DNA of 42,261 nt from a virus. Lineage: Duplodnaviria > Heunggongvirae > Uroviricota > Caudoviricetes. The DNA is taken from IMG/VR virus record IMGVR_UViG_3300005918_000016. One strand, given 5' to 3'. Positions 7,969 to 17,697 of the stretch are shown piece by piece; position 1 is the stretch's first letter; every line of letters starts with the position of its first letter. The position numbers were made by a program, and so were the translations under genes. The notes under the pieces were generated by a model, which was not told the origin of the DNA, ran no database searches, and worked only from the letters and a program-made list of their open reading frames with translations.

Positions 7969-8688
7969 ATGACGGACAAAGTGAAGACGGCTTGGACGGA
8001 CCCCCTCAAACTCGAAGAGGGTATGACCTCGGAAAAGACTCAGGAGGTTCACGTCCTGGGACTGAGTAGCGATGGGAAGGGGCTTCTGGTCACCACCCCG
8101 TTGATGTGGTCGGACCATCACAAATGGTACCATATTCACTCTGGCGAGATGACACAGGAGCAGCGGGATGTTCACGCCCATCTTATTCAGTCGGATGAGC
8201 GCCTGACTGTAGTAGGACGGCATCACCGGGAACACTTCGAGACCGACGCTGACTATGAGTACATGGAGAACCTGTTGGGTGAGGACAGGACTGATCGTCT
8301 GAGTATGGAGTTGACGAAACGAATCGACCAGCACCTGAAGATCTGGGAGCGGACAGAAGCAGTGATGAAGGGTGGCATCCTGATCTCCATGGACGCTGCA
8401 CAGTCCGGTGGCCCACAGGTGACGCTCACAACCATCGGTGGGAAAGTCCTGGGGAAGATCAACTCTGCTGCTGGAGGTCTCCTTCTCAGCTTCGCCAACG
8501 CCAAGTTCTTTATCCCAGAGGAACCGGACGTGGTGGCAGAAGACAACGTGTGGGTCGTCAAGGGAGACGGAAACGATGTTGCCCTTTTGGAGGACGGGAC
8601 TGTGGGCCTGAACTCTTTGGATGAGGACGCTCAAGAGTTCTTCGAGAAGACGGAGAAGAGAGTCCGCTATACGAAGGGGTCAAAATGA
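7969..8688 (+). CDS. Hypothetical protein
   Basis: GGAGG RBS at 7959-7963; long ORF. Confidence 0.7.
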   Translation: MTDKVKTAWTDPLKLEEGMTSEKTQEVHVLGLSSDGKGLLVTTPLMWSDHHKWYHIHSGEMTQEQRDVHAHLIQSDERLTVVGRHHREHFETDADYEYMENLLGEDRTDRLSMELTKRIDQHLKIWERTEAVMKGGILISMDAAQSGGPQVTLTTIGGKVLGKINSAAGGLLLSFANAKFFIPEEPDVVAEDNVWVVKGDGNDVALLEDGTVGLNSLDEDAQEFFEKTEKRVRYTKGSK

Positions 8689-8792
8689 GCTACGCACGGA
8701 TGTGTCCCGTTTGCGGGCAATGGATGGAGCAAATGACAGGCGGGTGGAGTTGTCCGTTCTGCGGACACTCTAAACTAAAGGAGTCAAAGTGA
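8685..8792 (+). CDS. Small zinc-ribbon protein (35 aa)
   Basis: CPVC...CPFCG; ATGA/GTGA overlaps with both neighbours. Confidence 0.6.
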   Translation: MSYARMCPVCGQWMEQMTGGWSCPFCGHSKLKESK

Positions 8793-8983
8793 AGGATCTC
8801 ATCCAGCACCTGGAGAGTAAACGAGAGTTACTCCGTATGATAGGGAACTGTGCGGCCCCAGCGGCAGGGAGAGCCAGCGAGGCGTTTAAGAGGGACCAGG
8901 AAGCTGAACTGAGAGGATTCGACAAAGCTCTCGTCTACGTCCGGGGATTTGGCACCTCAACGGAACCACAGGAGAGCTTATGA
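8789..8983 (+). CDS. Hypothetical protein
   Basis: Overlap-coupled to its neighbours. Confidence 0.55.
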   Translation: MKDLIQHLESKRELLRMIGNCAAPAAGRASEAFKRDQEAELRGFDKALVYVRGFGTSTEPQESL

Positions 8984-9141
8984 AAGTTAAAGAGTTCCTG
9001 AAGGACCATAACATTGATCTCGAAACCGAGGACGACTGCAACCTTTGTCGACTCCATGACCTGTTCACATTGAAGATCCCCAATCTCTGCTGCCCCAAGT
9101 GTGGCCACCCCATAGACTTCCTTGACGGTGACACAGGATGA
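8980..9141 (+). CDS. Small Cys-rich protein (53 aa)
   Basis: CNLC...CCPKCGHP; ATGA overlaps at both ends. Confidence 0.6.
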   Translation: MKVKEFLKDHNIDLETEDDCNLCRLHDLFTLKIPNLCCPKCGHPIDFLDGDTG

Positions 9142-9923
9142 GATTTGGGGGCTGTAACGGCCCGGTGGGCAGCGTGAGGAAGTGGGGGATGAGAGAGACA
9201 AAATGGCCCACAGCGTACCGACTCGGAGACGCAGACGACATCCCCGTTTTGTCGGGGGCACCGTTTATGATCATCAATACAGTCGGAGGATGTCAGGCCG
9301 TTTCTGAGGGATGCGCCAATTGCTTCGCTGTTCGATACCGTCGCACCGATCGCTTCTTCAACCTCGAGGCCCTCCACGCACTGCGGGAGCCAGAGCCGAA
9401 GCGAGTTTATGTCGGCACACATGCAGATTTATTCCAACCTGGGATAGAGCGTCATGTTGACCGTGTTTTCGACGCCTGCCGAGCGCACCAACAACACAAG
9501 TATTATTTTCTGACTCGTCATGTGGAGGGGATGCGATTGGCGCTACAACGTCAAACATCCATCCCCGACAACTGGGCATTTGGGGTTTCCGTCGAGAGCG
9601 CTGAATACTTCGACAGAATTGATACCCTCAGGGGCTTTGATGTTGCCGAGAAATATGTTTCGTTTGCTCCAATTCTTGGGCGCATGGATCCCCCATTGTC
9701 GGGGATCAGGTGGGTTATCTGTGCAGGAGAATTTGGCGGGGCAAAAGCCCGAGGCTGTGATCTCGATTGGTTCCGCTCCATAAGGCAAGCCTGCCATATG
9801 TCAGGGACTCATTTTGTGATCAAAACGCTGGGGAGCAAACTTGGTGGTGGGCAAATCCTTGACGGGGTCCACCACAAAGAGGAGCCGCCGGGCTACGATG
9901 GAGGCTGTGATGCCGTTTTTTGA
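9138..9923 (+). CDS. DUF5131 / phage Gp37-Gp68 family (radical-SAM-like) protein
   Basis: GCQAVSEGCANCFA; YVGTHADLF; AFGVSVE; YVSFAPILG; WVICAGEFG..ARGC.LDWFRSIR.AC. Confidence 0.8.
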   Translation: MRFGGCNGPVGSVRKWGMRETKWPTAYRLGDADDIPVLSGAPFMIINTVGGCQAVSEGCANCFAVRYRRTDRFFNLEALHALREPEPKRVYVGTHADLFQPGIERHVDRVFDACRAHQQHKYYFLTRHVEGMRLALQRQTSIPDNWAFGVSVESAEYFDRIDTLRGFDVAEKYVSFAPILGRMDPPLSGIRWVICAGEFGGAKARGCDLDWFRSIRQACHMSGTHFVIKTLGSKLGGGQILDGVHHKEEPPGYDGGCDAVF

Positions 9924-10185
9924 GTATGGCCCAGACTACGACGAAGATCCTGGTCCAGATAGACTGTGCAACGTTCCGTCCTGCCCCCGGTTTGGCAAGT
10001 GCTACCACGGTCGTGTTCATGAAGAAAACGATCGCTGTATCGGGCCGGGGGCACGAACCCGCCTAGACACTAGGGACGAGCCCCCTCGACCACGAGGACT
10101 AAAAAACTATCCCTACAGGGTGCCAAACCTCACTTATGGGATCATCTTGGCCACCCACAGAGTAGTTAAAGTGAGGGACGGATGA
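9910..10185 (+). CDS. Hypothetical protein
   Basis: GGAGG RBS; C-x4-C...H; 3' end runs through a promoter box. Confidence 0.45.
   Translation: MPFFEYGPDYDEDPGPDRLCNVPSCPRFGKCYHGRVHEENDRCIGPGARTRLDTRDEPPRPRGLKNYPYRVPNLTYGIILATHRVVKVRDG
10140..10165 (+). promoter_or_regulatory. GATCAT-N14-GAGTAG box
   Basis: GATCAT 10140-10145, GAGTAG 10160-10165. Confidence 0.65.
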
Positions 10186-10203
10186 TCCCCGTGGAGGACT
10201 CAG

Positions 10204-10431
10204 ATGGTTTGTCAACGTTGTAAGAGTAGCCGAGTTGCAGACGTCATTGGCAAAACGAGCGATATGTGCAGCTTCAGTCTTGACGTGACCGTTGAGGTGA
10301 CGGGGGAGGACGGCGAAGTCCCTGAGAACGTAGGGATCGGTGGCGGCGACTACCTCCGGTTCTCCTACTGTCTCGACTGCGGCCAGATCCAGGGAACATT
10401 CCCCACCGAAATTGTCATCCCAAAGAAATAG
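10204..10431 (+). CDS. Small CxxC...CxxC phage protein
   Basis: CQRC...GGGDYLRFSYCLDCGQIQG; GGAGG RBS. Confidence 0.7.
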   Translation: MVCQRCKSSRVADVIGKTSDMCSFSLDVTVEVTGEDGEVPENVGIGGGDYLRFSYCLDCGQIQGTFPTEIVIPKK

Positions 10432-10591
10432 ACCCTGAACACCTGTCCTAAAACCTTACTGGTACAGCGGACAATAATCTCCCTATCAAGGACACTGTTT
10501 GGGTCTTAGGGAGACTTTGAATGTCCCATCAAAAAGGACTCACTAACGATCTGTTCTTGCAAGGCAGCAGCACAACTGAGGAGAAAGTCCT

Positions 10592-11017
10592 ATGAAGTTA
10601 CTGACGGCAAACGACTACAAGGGAATGCTTAATCGTGTCGGTGTCAACCTGTCGATCAATGGGGCGAGCCTCTACCTAAAGGTTTTCTCACTCAGAGAAA
10701 AAACAACGGCAACCGTTACCGTTGAGGTTGATGCCGGGTCAAGTATGAGTACGCGTGGTGTCAGTTATCTGGTGGATGGACTGGATGAAATAACGGAGAA
10801 ACTGAAAACACAACTGTTGGCAATGTTGCAAAGGGAAGGGGTGCGCTGGGACTTTGCAGCGGTTCGTGTCCCCGTCATAACAGCACGTGGAAACCATCTT
10901 GGGGGTTTCGTTGAAGCAACCTTCCGTACTCGGGATAACGATCCGGGTCTCACAAACGTTGTGGAAACTTTTGCACGAAAGAACCATCTCAAAGTCATGT
11001 CCAGTCCCGCCCACTAA
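10592..11017 (+). CDS. MKLLTAxDY-tag family protein
   Basis: Starts MKLLTANDY; GAGGAG RBS. Confidence 0.75.
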   Translation: MKLLTANDYKGMLNRVGVNLSINGASLYLKVFSLREKTTATVTVEVDAGSSMSTRGVSYLVDGLDEITEKLKTQLLAMLQREGVRWDFAAVRVPVITARGNHLGGFVEATFRTRDNDPGLTNVVETFARKNHLKVMSSPAH

Positions 11018-11148
11018 AACCCTAAGCATTTCAGATTCTGTGGGTCACCCTAGATTCTGTGGGTGCCCTGACTCGAACATCTCTGCGTCACCGGGGTAAC
11101 CTTGACAAGGGTAACGAAGGAAAGCGACAGTTCACTGAGGAGGACATC

Positions 11149-11502
11149 ATGATCTACACCCACGACAACGGTTTGCTACTCTTCGACGGTGACATCATTA
11201 GGGTATTCTCCGAAGCCACAATGTTGGCTTCCATCTCCGATCCCGATAAAATCCTCGCCAAATGCGGCTGCTTCAATCTAATGGGACAAGGCAAAGGCAT
11301 CACTGAAGCTGTCGTCAGTCTCCGTAGCGTACTGACGAACCATCTCGACTACTACCACCGAGAGAACATGCTCGCAGCAGTCCTGACTTCCGAAGGCTGG
11401 ACGAAGCTGCAGACAAAGGAGACGCTGACGGCATCGTTCGTCCTACTCGATCTCCTCTTCGCCCGTGGCATCGTCGTCTCCACTGTCCTCACGCCTCGCT
11501 AG
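11149..11502 (+). CDS. Hypothetical protein
   Basis: GAGGAGG RBS before ATG 11149. Confidence 0.65.
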   Translation: MIYTHDNGLLLFDGDIIRVFSEATMLASISDPDKILAKCGCFNLMGQGKGITEAVVSLRSVLTNHLDYYHRENMLAAVLTSEGWTKLQTKETLTASFVLLDLLFARGIVVSTVLTPR

Positions 11503-11598
11503 AGGGCCACAGCGGTCACCCCTAGATGCTGTGAGTACCCGCCAGGTAACGATAGTGGGCCTATAAACCTATTCGTAGTAGACTGGAAGGGGAGACCC

Positions 11599-12084
11599 AT
11601 GACAAACAAAAGACTGCTTGCAGGTTTGACCAACCTGGCGACAACACACCCCCAATACAGGACACACCTGGCCCCCCTGCTCAGAACAGCCTCTGGGGAG
11701 CGCTGGGTGGACGTCTGGCAACAAGCGACTAACAATTGGGTGTTGGCTACGATCTTACCCCAGGTGGTGGCAAGGCTGAAACGACTGGGTTTTGCTATAA
11801 ATCAGTCAAACTTGAGTCTTGAAACATTTGTGACCCGTACAGACGTCAGTGAAGTCATGCGTAGGCCACACAAAACCCAAGTACGTTTTACCATCGGATG
11901 GCCAGGACAGATCCTTGGAGTTGACGTCCTCAGCAAAGGGGCCAACACCCGATCCCTGATCACCTTCTCTTTGATTGGGAAAAGCTCTAGCGCTGTGGCA
12001 ACACCCAGTAAAATAGCAGACGCCGTGGTCCGAACCCTTCAGACCTGGATGGAAGAAGAAAACGTAGCCCCGTCTGTACGGTGA
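11599..12084 (+). CDS. Protein with N-terminal LAxTHPxYRxHLxPxLR motif
   Basis: LATTHPQYRTHLAPLLRTAS; same motif at the C-terminus of 35629-36672. Confidence 0.75.
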   Translation: MTNKRLLAGLTNLATTHPQYRTHLAPLLRTASGERWVDVWQQATNNWVLATILPQVVARLKRLGFAINQSNLSLETFVTRTDVSEVMRRPHKTQVRFTIGWPGQILGVDVLSKGANTRSLITFSLIGKSSSAVATPSKIADAVVRTLQTWMEEENVAPSVR

Positions 12085-12123
12085 TCCTCCAATAACCCCC
12101 CCAAAGAGTAGCAGGAGGAGCCC

Positions 12124-12351
12124 ATGAAACTTATGATAGCAGCCGAATACGAAGACACTTCCAAAAAGGGAGCCTACTCCCCTTACCTGATGAAAGCGGA
12201 CAAGGCAGTGCGTAAAGTTCTGTTGGACGCCTGCAAGACACTAGGCGTAGACGAACCTAAGAAGTTTCTTGAAGGCAAAGCAGATCGGTCAGTCCGAAGC
12301 CTCGTGCTGGCCATTGACAAGGAACTTATCAAAGCCTCCAAAGCCAAATAA
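12124..12351 (+). CDS. MKLLTAxDY-tag family protein
   Basis: Starts MKLMIAAEY; GGAGGAG RBS. Confidence 0.75.
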   Translation: MKLMIAAEYEDTSKKGAYSPYLMKADKAVRKVLLDACKTLGVDEPKKFLEGKADRSVRSLVLAIDKELIKASKAK

Positions 12352-12416
12352 CCAGTACACCCCTCCCGCTTGGCACGGTGATCTCCTAATAAATCCTGAA
12401 GGGGTAGGAGGCACCC

Positions 12417-13217
12417 ATGTCAAACACTCTTGTCGTTACAGCAACGAAACAAGCAGGTAGGGTAGACCATTTCATTGTCGTTGGGGACGGCCCCTCGTCC
12501 ACGGATGTTCGGAAGCTGGCCTCCAAGTTCCACGGCAGAGTTGAGAGGGGTCGCAGGGACACGGTAGTGTTGTTTAGTGAACGAGATGGAGCGAAAGGAA
12601 CAGCCTTCCTGGAGGCCGCTAAGAAACTGGGATGGCCCGTATACAGTACGGGGGTTGACATAGCGCTAACTGTAGAGTACCCCGAGGATCTGAGCTACTT
12701 TGTGAGAGAGGAACTGGAGTCCCAGCACGACGCTCATCCGTTCATGTCCGGGCGGGCCGTTGTCCTGTTGTTCCAAGGGGGCAACAACCTGGCCAATGTG
12801 CGGAAGTTTCTAGCTGAGGCAAAAAGGAAGGGAATCAGGATCAAAAACGGACCCTCCCTTAGTTTCTTCGACGTGCCCATCAGGGTAGCGACCCAGGAGA
12901 CACCAATGAGTCAGACAGCATCAGCCATCACTCTCCAGGACGCTAATCAGCTCGCAGCAAACATCCAGGGGCAACTCAGCTCCATACTCAAACCACGCAG
13001 CATCAAGGACCTCATGGAGAGGTACGTGAAAAGGGCCGGGATCTCAGTGAAGCTGGATGACATCCTGGAAGACATCATCTACGTCGCCACCAGGGTCAAA
13101 GTCGACCCCCGTCAAATCATGAGACTGGTCAACCAGCACACCATCCCCAGCAGCGGAAGACACGCCACACTCCTGACAGCATCCGACTACGAGAACATGC
13201 TCACGGACGGAGACTAA
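12417..13217 (+). CDS. Two-part protein; C-terminal part paralogous to 14141-14443, C-terminal LLTASDY tag
   Basis: In-frame GGAG+ATG at 12906; ends ATLLTASDYENMLTDGD. Confidence 0.75.
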   Translation: MSNTLVVTATKQAGRVDHFIVVGDGPSSTDVRKLASKFHGRVERGRRDTVVLFSERDGAKGTAFLEAAKKLGWPVYSTGVDIALTVEYPEDLSYFVREELESQHDAHPFMSGRAVVLLFQGGNNLANVRKFLAEAKRKGIRIKNGPSLSFFDVPIRVATQETPMSQTASAITLQDANQLAANIQGQLSSILKPRSIKDLMERYVKRAGISVKLDDILEDIIYVATRVKVDPRQIMRLVNQHTIPSSGRHATLLTASDYENMLTDGD

Positions 13218-13224
13218 GACACCG

Positions 13225-13605
13225 ATGAGACTCCTAACCACAGCAGACTACAAAGCAGCGCTGGATAAAACCTCAGCACTGGGCAACTGCTACGAAGCTG
13301 CTGGCAAATACATCATGGGGTCCGGAAGACGTGACCACGGCATCAGACTTGTACATGGGGAAGTCGCCGGGCAGGGACCACTAGAAGGGAAAACCTTCGG
13401 ACACGCCTGGGATGAGGACGGGAACAATGTTATCGATCTGTCCAATGGAAGACATATCGTGATGCCCAAGGCCGTCTACTACGCCCTGGGACAGATAGCT
13501 GAGATCCACAACCTCAAGGTCTATACCTGGAGGCAAGCCCAGAAGAACATCCTCAGACATGGACACTGGGGACCTTGGGATCTGAAAACGAGGTCAGGAC
13601 TGTGA
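13225..13605 (+). CDS. MKLLTAxDY-tag family protein with C...H...H motif (possible papain/transglutaminase-like fold)
   Basis: MRLLTTADY; GNCYEAA...LVHG.V...HAWDE...IDLS. Confidence 0.7.
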   Translation: MRLLTTADYKAALDKTSALGNCYEAAGKYIMGSGRRDHGIRLVHGEVAGQGPLEGKTFGHAWDEDGNNVIDLSNGRHIVMPKAVYYALGQIAEIHNLKVYTWRQAQKNILRHGHWGPWDLKTRSGL

Positions 13606-13709
13606 AACCCTTTGACAAACTACCGAGAAAACGGATCCCCTTAGACCCCGAAGACTTGGAGAAGCTCCGTATGGGAAACTACAACCATCAGACAACCCCG
13701 GAGACTGAG

Positions 13710-14117
13710 ATGAAGCTACTCACAGCATCCGACTACGAACATACCCTGACAGCCGGAGCAAGCTACTTCTGGGAAGATCTCTGGATAGCCACAGCCTTCC
13801 GGTTTGTCCGGTCCCTGGCCACACAACTAGCCAAACCATTCGGCCCCTTCGGCGGCACTGTGAAGGCCAAGACCAACCTGCTCTTCAAAGTCAGAGACGA
13901 CGAAATCGTTGTAGATGTCATGCTGGTCATGAAAGCCAATTTCACCAAGAACCAAATCGAGTTGGAGATCCAACCTAAGTCACGACTGAGCAACGTCACC
14001 CTCAAACCCCTCCCACTGAACATCGACTACAACACCTCCCTCACAGCCAACGACATCAGCGTCCGTCTCTATCGATGGATGATGCAAAATAACCTGACCC
14101 AGACGCAATCCAAATGA
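13710..14117 (+). CDS. MKLLTAxDY-tag family protein
   Basis: GGAG RBS then MKLLTASDY; alternative in-frame GTG at 13602. Confidence 0.7.
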   Translation: MKLLTASDYEHTLTAGASYFWEDLWIATAFRFVRSLATQLAKPFGPFGGTVKAKTNLLFKVRDDEIVVDVMLVMKANFTKNQIELEIQPKSRLSNVTLKPLPLNIDYNTSLTANDISVRLYRWMMQNNLTQTQSK

Positions 14118-14140
14118 AACGACAAGCACAGGAGACCACA

Positions 14141-14443
14141 ATGAGCCACAACGCAGGAAGAGCCAACCCCCTTCAGGATGCCAAAGCACTCGCCGCAGAG
14201 ATGCAGAGAGTACTCGACAGGCTGCACAAACCAGCGCTCATCAAATCCCTCGTCCAGAAGTACGTGAAGGACGAGGGGATCTCAGTGAAGATGGATGACC
14301 TCCTGGATGATCTCGTCTACGTCACAAAGACGAAGGTGGACCCCCACGACATCATAAAGGTCGTCAAACAAAACACCATCCCCAGCAGCCGAAGAGCAGC
14401 ACTGCTCACAGCAACCGACTACGAACAGATGCTCACCGACTGA
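14141..14443 (+). CDS. Paralog of the 12906-13217 domain, C-terminal LLTATDY tag
   Basis: LQDA..LAA....GISVK.DD.L.D..YV...KVDP..I...V.Q.TIPSS.R.A.LLTA.DYE.MLTD; alternative start 14114. Confidence 0.75.
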   Translation: MSHNAGRANPLQDAKALAAEMQRVLDRLHKPALIKSLVQKYVKDEGISVKMDDLLDDLVYVTKTKVDPHDIIKVVKQNTIPSSRRAALLTATDYEQMLTD

Positions 14444-15200
14444 GCCACCCATTGGGATGGCTGTCCTGGCCACACGATAAGCAGAGACAGAGAGTTCTCC
14501 CCACCCTCCCCTGTGGGACCGTGACGCACGACACGAAGAGACACCCCAACCACAAAGTCTTAGTGATGCCCCCGTCCCCCACACACCAGACACGACAGGC
14601 TGAGGAAGACACCGGGACATCTCTCCTCGTGTCCTCCTCCGCCCGTCATGTGAGAGGACTCAGGAAACGACACACCCACGACCCATGAGTCCTCCCCACT
14701 CGCTCCTGTCTACTCACCCCTCCCCTGTCTTTCCACTCACCCCCTGTCTCCCTCACCTTTGTCCTTCTCCTCTGTCTGTTGTGTAAAACTCTCTCCCTCG
14801 TCTCCCCCAGTTTCGTCTCTCTGTCGTCTCTAACCACTAACTCGATGTCGAGTTAGCCCCCATTCCGCTCCCAACCCCAAAGTCAAGCGAAACCGACTGG
14901 AAAACTGCGCCTAAGTGATCTGGAGTCCCAAAAAGGCGTATTGGACCTGTATTGATTTTGAAACGCCTACTTTGAATCCCCCTTCCAGGATAGGGTACAA
15001 CCCCTGAAACCCTCCCTGACGCCCGCTATGGCCCCACGTAGCCGTTTCCTAACCCTATCCGTTATCCCTATGCCATCCCCCTTTGCGGGGCTTACAGTCA
15101 ACGCTACGGCTTCCCTGCACCGTAGGCCCTCTCCCTAGCTCCAGTACCCCCGTACAGGCTGGAACCCTGGTGTCCAACCTGTCCTGTCTCCACTACGGCG
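14444..15200. other. Long non-coding region with pyrimidine tract and 20-bp palindrome (candidate origin)
   Basis: 14701-14820 has 22 purines in 120 nt; CTAACTCGA-TG-TCGAGTTAG at 14837-14856. Confidence 0.45.
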
Positions 15201-15244
15201 GTATGGTGATCAGAGACGACATTGGTGAGGGTAGGAGGAACAAA

Positions 15245-15796
15245 ATGATTAGGTTGCAGAACGGGACTGCGGGAGAACTACAGTTTGACGGGGTAGAGGA
15301 AGCCGCAGCCTTCTTCAAACTGCTTCAGGAACAGACTTCGGATGACGACCAAGCCTTTGATGAGATGATTGCGGAGGAGATAGAAACAAATCCTCCTGAC
15401 GAAAAGGCTCCTCGGGAGGAATTTCGAAGAAGCCTCATCCTCAAGGCTTTGGACATGAGAGGAAAGGCTTCGTTAGAGCTTGTGGTCAGTCTCTACCAAA
15501 CCAAACTCACGGATGAGACCCGAGAGCGGTGTAGAAGGGAATTCCCTAGTTCCCATCGTTCTGTAGTCCCTGTCATCGTTCACAGCCCCAGGGTGCTGTC
15601 CCTTGAAGTTCCAGATCCTTCTACGGCTGTCATTAGTCAGGAGGATGAGTGGGTTATCGCTCGTTTGGAATACCCGCTGGTCCTGCGGGACGTGCATCCG
15701 GAGACATTACAGAGTCTTTGTAGACACTGGGAAAGCCTGATCAGTCGTAGCTCTGTACGGTTCAAGTACCTGTTTGACATGGGGTGGGCCTACTAA
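15245..15796 (+). CDS. Hypothetical protein
   Basis: AGGAGG RBS before ATG 15245. Confidence 0.65.
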   Translation: MIRLQNGTAGELQFDGVEEAAAFFKLLQEQTSDDDQAFDEMIAEEIETNPPDEKAPREEFRRSLILKALDMRGKASLELVVSLYQTKLTDETRERCRREFPSSHRSVVPVIVHSPRVLSLEVPDPSTAVISQEDEWVIARLEYPLVLRDVHPETLQSLCRHWESLISRSSVRFKYLFDMGWAY

Positions 15797-15997
15797 ACCT
15801 TGACGTTACGGTCTTCCGTCCCTATCCTATGGCTTCCACCCGTGTGGATACGTCCATGCGGAGCCCTGGGCTACGGTTCAGGGCTGCTCTCTTCGTAGTC
15901 CCTGCATCTGCACATGACGATCCAAAAGCAATCTGGGATCTGAAGATCTGCCAAAGGGTCTGGGGTTTTTTTGAGAGGCTGAGATTGAAACGGGGGT

Positions 15998-16390
15998 CTA
16001 GGATGCGTAGAAAGCAGCCTTATGCTTTTTCGCATAGGCTGCGATGGTCGCTAGTACCTGTTCGGTGTCCACCTGTTCGGCAGTACTGAGCAGGAACGTA
16101 CTCCAGACCTTGAGGCCCCTTCCCGTGGTTGCTACGAGATCCAGGGACTTGGGATGGTTTACCCATCTGCCGGGCAACTGGACGAGAAGGTTGAACTTGG
16201 GGCCGACCAACTGCTGGTGTCTTAGGATGATGGCCTGAACGTCATCCACCGTTTTCAGCATCTCGGTGTCGGCCATGAGTTCCAACTCGACGGTCATTCC
16301 GCCCTGGGGGCGTTCCTTGACCTTTCCAAAAACGTGGCCTTGGATGCTGGCGGTTTTGAGTCGGACTTCCTTGGTTGACATAAGCTTCAT
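15998..16390 (-). CDS. MKL-tag family protein
   Basis: MKLMSTKEVRLKTAS. Confidence 0.7.
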   Translation of the reverse strand: MKLMSTKEVRLKTASIQGHVFGKVKERPQGGMTVELELMADTEMLKTVDDVQAIILRHQQLVGPKFNLLVQLPGRWVNHPKSLDLVATTGRGLKVWSTFLLSTAEQVDTEQVLATIAAYAKKHKAAFYAS

Positions 16391-16422
16391 GCTGTGTTCT
16401 CCTTCGCTGTCATAAGCTTCAT
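16387..16422 (-). CDS. 11-aa micro-ORF consisting only of the tag (MKLMTAKENTA)
   Basis: GGAGAG RBS; its TGA overlaps the ATG of 15998-16390. Confidence 0.5.
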   Translation of the reverse strand: MKLMTAKENTA

Positions 16423-16764
16423 CGTGGTCTCTCCTGTCAGAGGAGCGGGGTCTACAGGGGATCTACCGTCTCAGCGCAGCAGGGTAGCCTCTCCGGCGTC
16501 CTTTAGCCTACGGCGGAGTATGCCTACCATAAGCATCGGGGTAGCGTCATAGGGGCGGTCTTCGTTCCCCTGGTACTCGTCCCAGCCGCACACTGCCCGT
16601 AGCTCCTGCATCATAGTGAAGAGTGGTATCTGGTTCTGGATCATGTGTTGGGTGATGGACACTGGGGAGAATGGGTCGTAGTTGGACATTGGGCCTCCTG
16701 TGCTTTTAACTACGTGGGGTGTCACGTACAGGGGGCGTTCGGGGTAGAGTGATCCAAGGGGGGG

Positions 16765-17235
16765 GTGCTTATGTCTACAGGAAGGAAAGAGCAAAAGCTG
16801 AGGTACCAGCGTGCTGTAACAAGGGGCATCAAACTTCGTTGCCTTCAACGCAACGGTCCTACTGATGTCGTGGCTGGGATGCTTGAGGTTGATCCGTCTT
16901 CTGAGATACGGGCTGCATACCTGGGACATGAAGACGAGTTGGAACGTGTAGCTCGGGCATGCGTCCGGTGGTTGATTCCGACTGATCCGTGGGGAGAGCC
17001 CCATGATGTTGTGGACTTTGCCACAAAGTTTACCGAGCAACTCAAACCTGAGACGTGCGAAGCAATAGCAGTCGAATTGACGGATCTTCTGGGGGAGGAG
17101 CATTTATCTCTTCGTGGAGATCTTTTCATCTGGCTTGCTTTCCAAACGAAGATCTACAGGGGCTATCTCGAACGTTTGCGGGAGCAAAATTCGAGGAGAC
17201 GCCAGAGTCTTCAAACGGGGGTGGGCGATGAGTGA
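16765..17235 (+). CDS. Hypothetical protein
   Basis: 156-aa ORF; GGGTAGAGT motif upstream. Confidence 0.6.
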   Translation: MLMSTGRKEQKLRYQRAVTRGIKLRCLQRNGPTDVVAGMLEVDPSSEIRAAYLGHEDELERVARACVRWLIPTDPWGEPHDVVDFATKFTEQLKPETCEAIAVELTDLLGEEHLSLRGDLFIWLAFQTKIYRGYLERLREQNSRRRQSLQTGVGDE

Positions 17236-17629
17236 TGTAGCGAAGGCTCTTGGGTACCTGAACAGTTTGCTGGATGCGGACCCTGTAGCGATGGGGGCTC
17301 TCATTGAGCATCGTGTGCCGTGCAATAAGGCTCTGGCAAGGCACCCGAGGTGTCAGGTTGCTTACCAGGAGGGGAAGCTCATTACGGGTGTCAGTTCCTA
17401 CGCTGTGGGGATGCTGGGCATCTTGGTAGGACTGCTGGAACCGTTGGCTGATGGTCCGAAGAAGGGTTGGCCTCCAATCCTGCTGGAGGTCGAGGGTGAG
17501 TGTTCGGCCTGTGGCTTGCGTGGTGAGGCTTTGGAGGAGAAGGGTTGGAAGTCTGGGGATGAGGACTGTCCACTCTGTATGGAGGCACTGGATTGGCATC
17601 CGTTGTACTTCAAGGAGACGGAGGTGTGA
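17228..17629 (+). CDS. Hypothetical phage protein with C-terminal CxxC pairs
   Basis: LNSLLDADP.AM.ALIEHRVPCN..LA.HP; CSAC...CPLC. Confidence 0.65.
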   Translation: MSDVAKALGYLNSLLDADPVAMGALIEHRVPCNKALARHPRCQVAYQEGKLITGVSSYAVGMLGILVGLLEPLADGPKKGWPPILLEVEGECSACGLRGEALEEKGWKSGDEDCPLCMEALDWHPLYFKETEV

Positions 17630-17697
17630 TCATGCTGTGGTTTGTGGGGGTCTCAGTTTTGAGTTAGTAATCTTCGTAGTGGTATAGGGGATCACAA

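Noticed and set aside
5937-10434. Diversity-generating retroelement template/variable repeat pair
   Set aside because: Repeat is 27 bp and exact, with no adenine-specific differences, and no reverse transcriptase is in the window.
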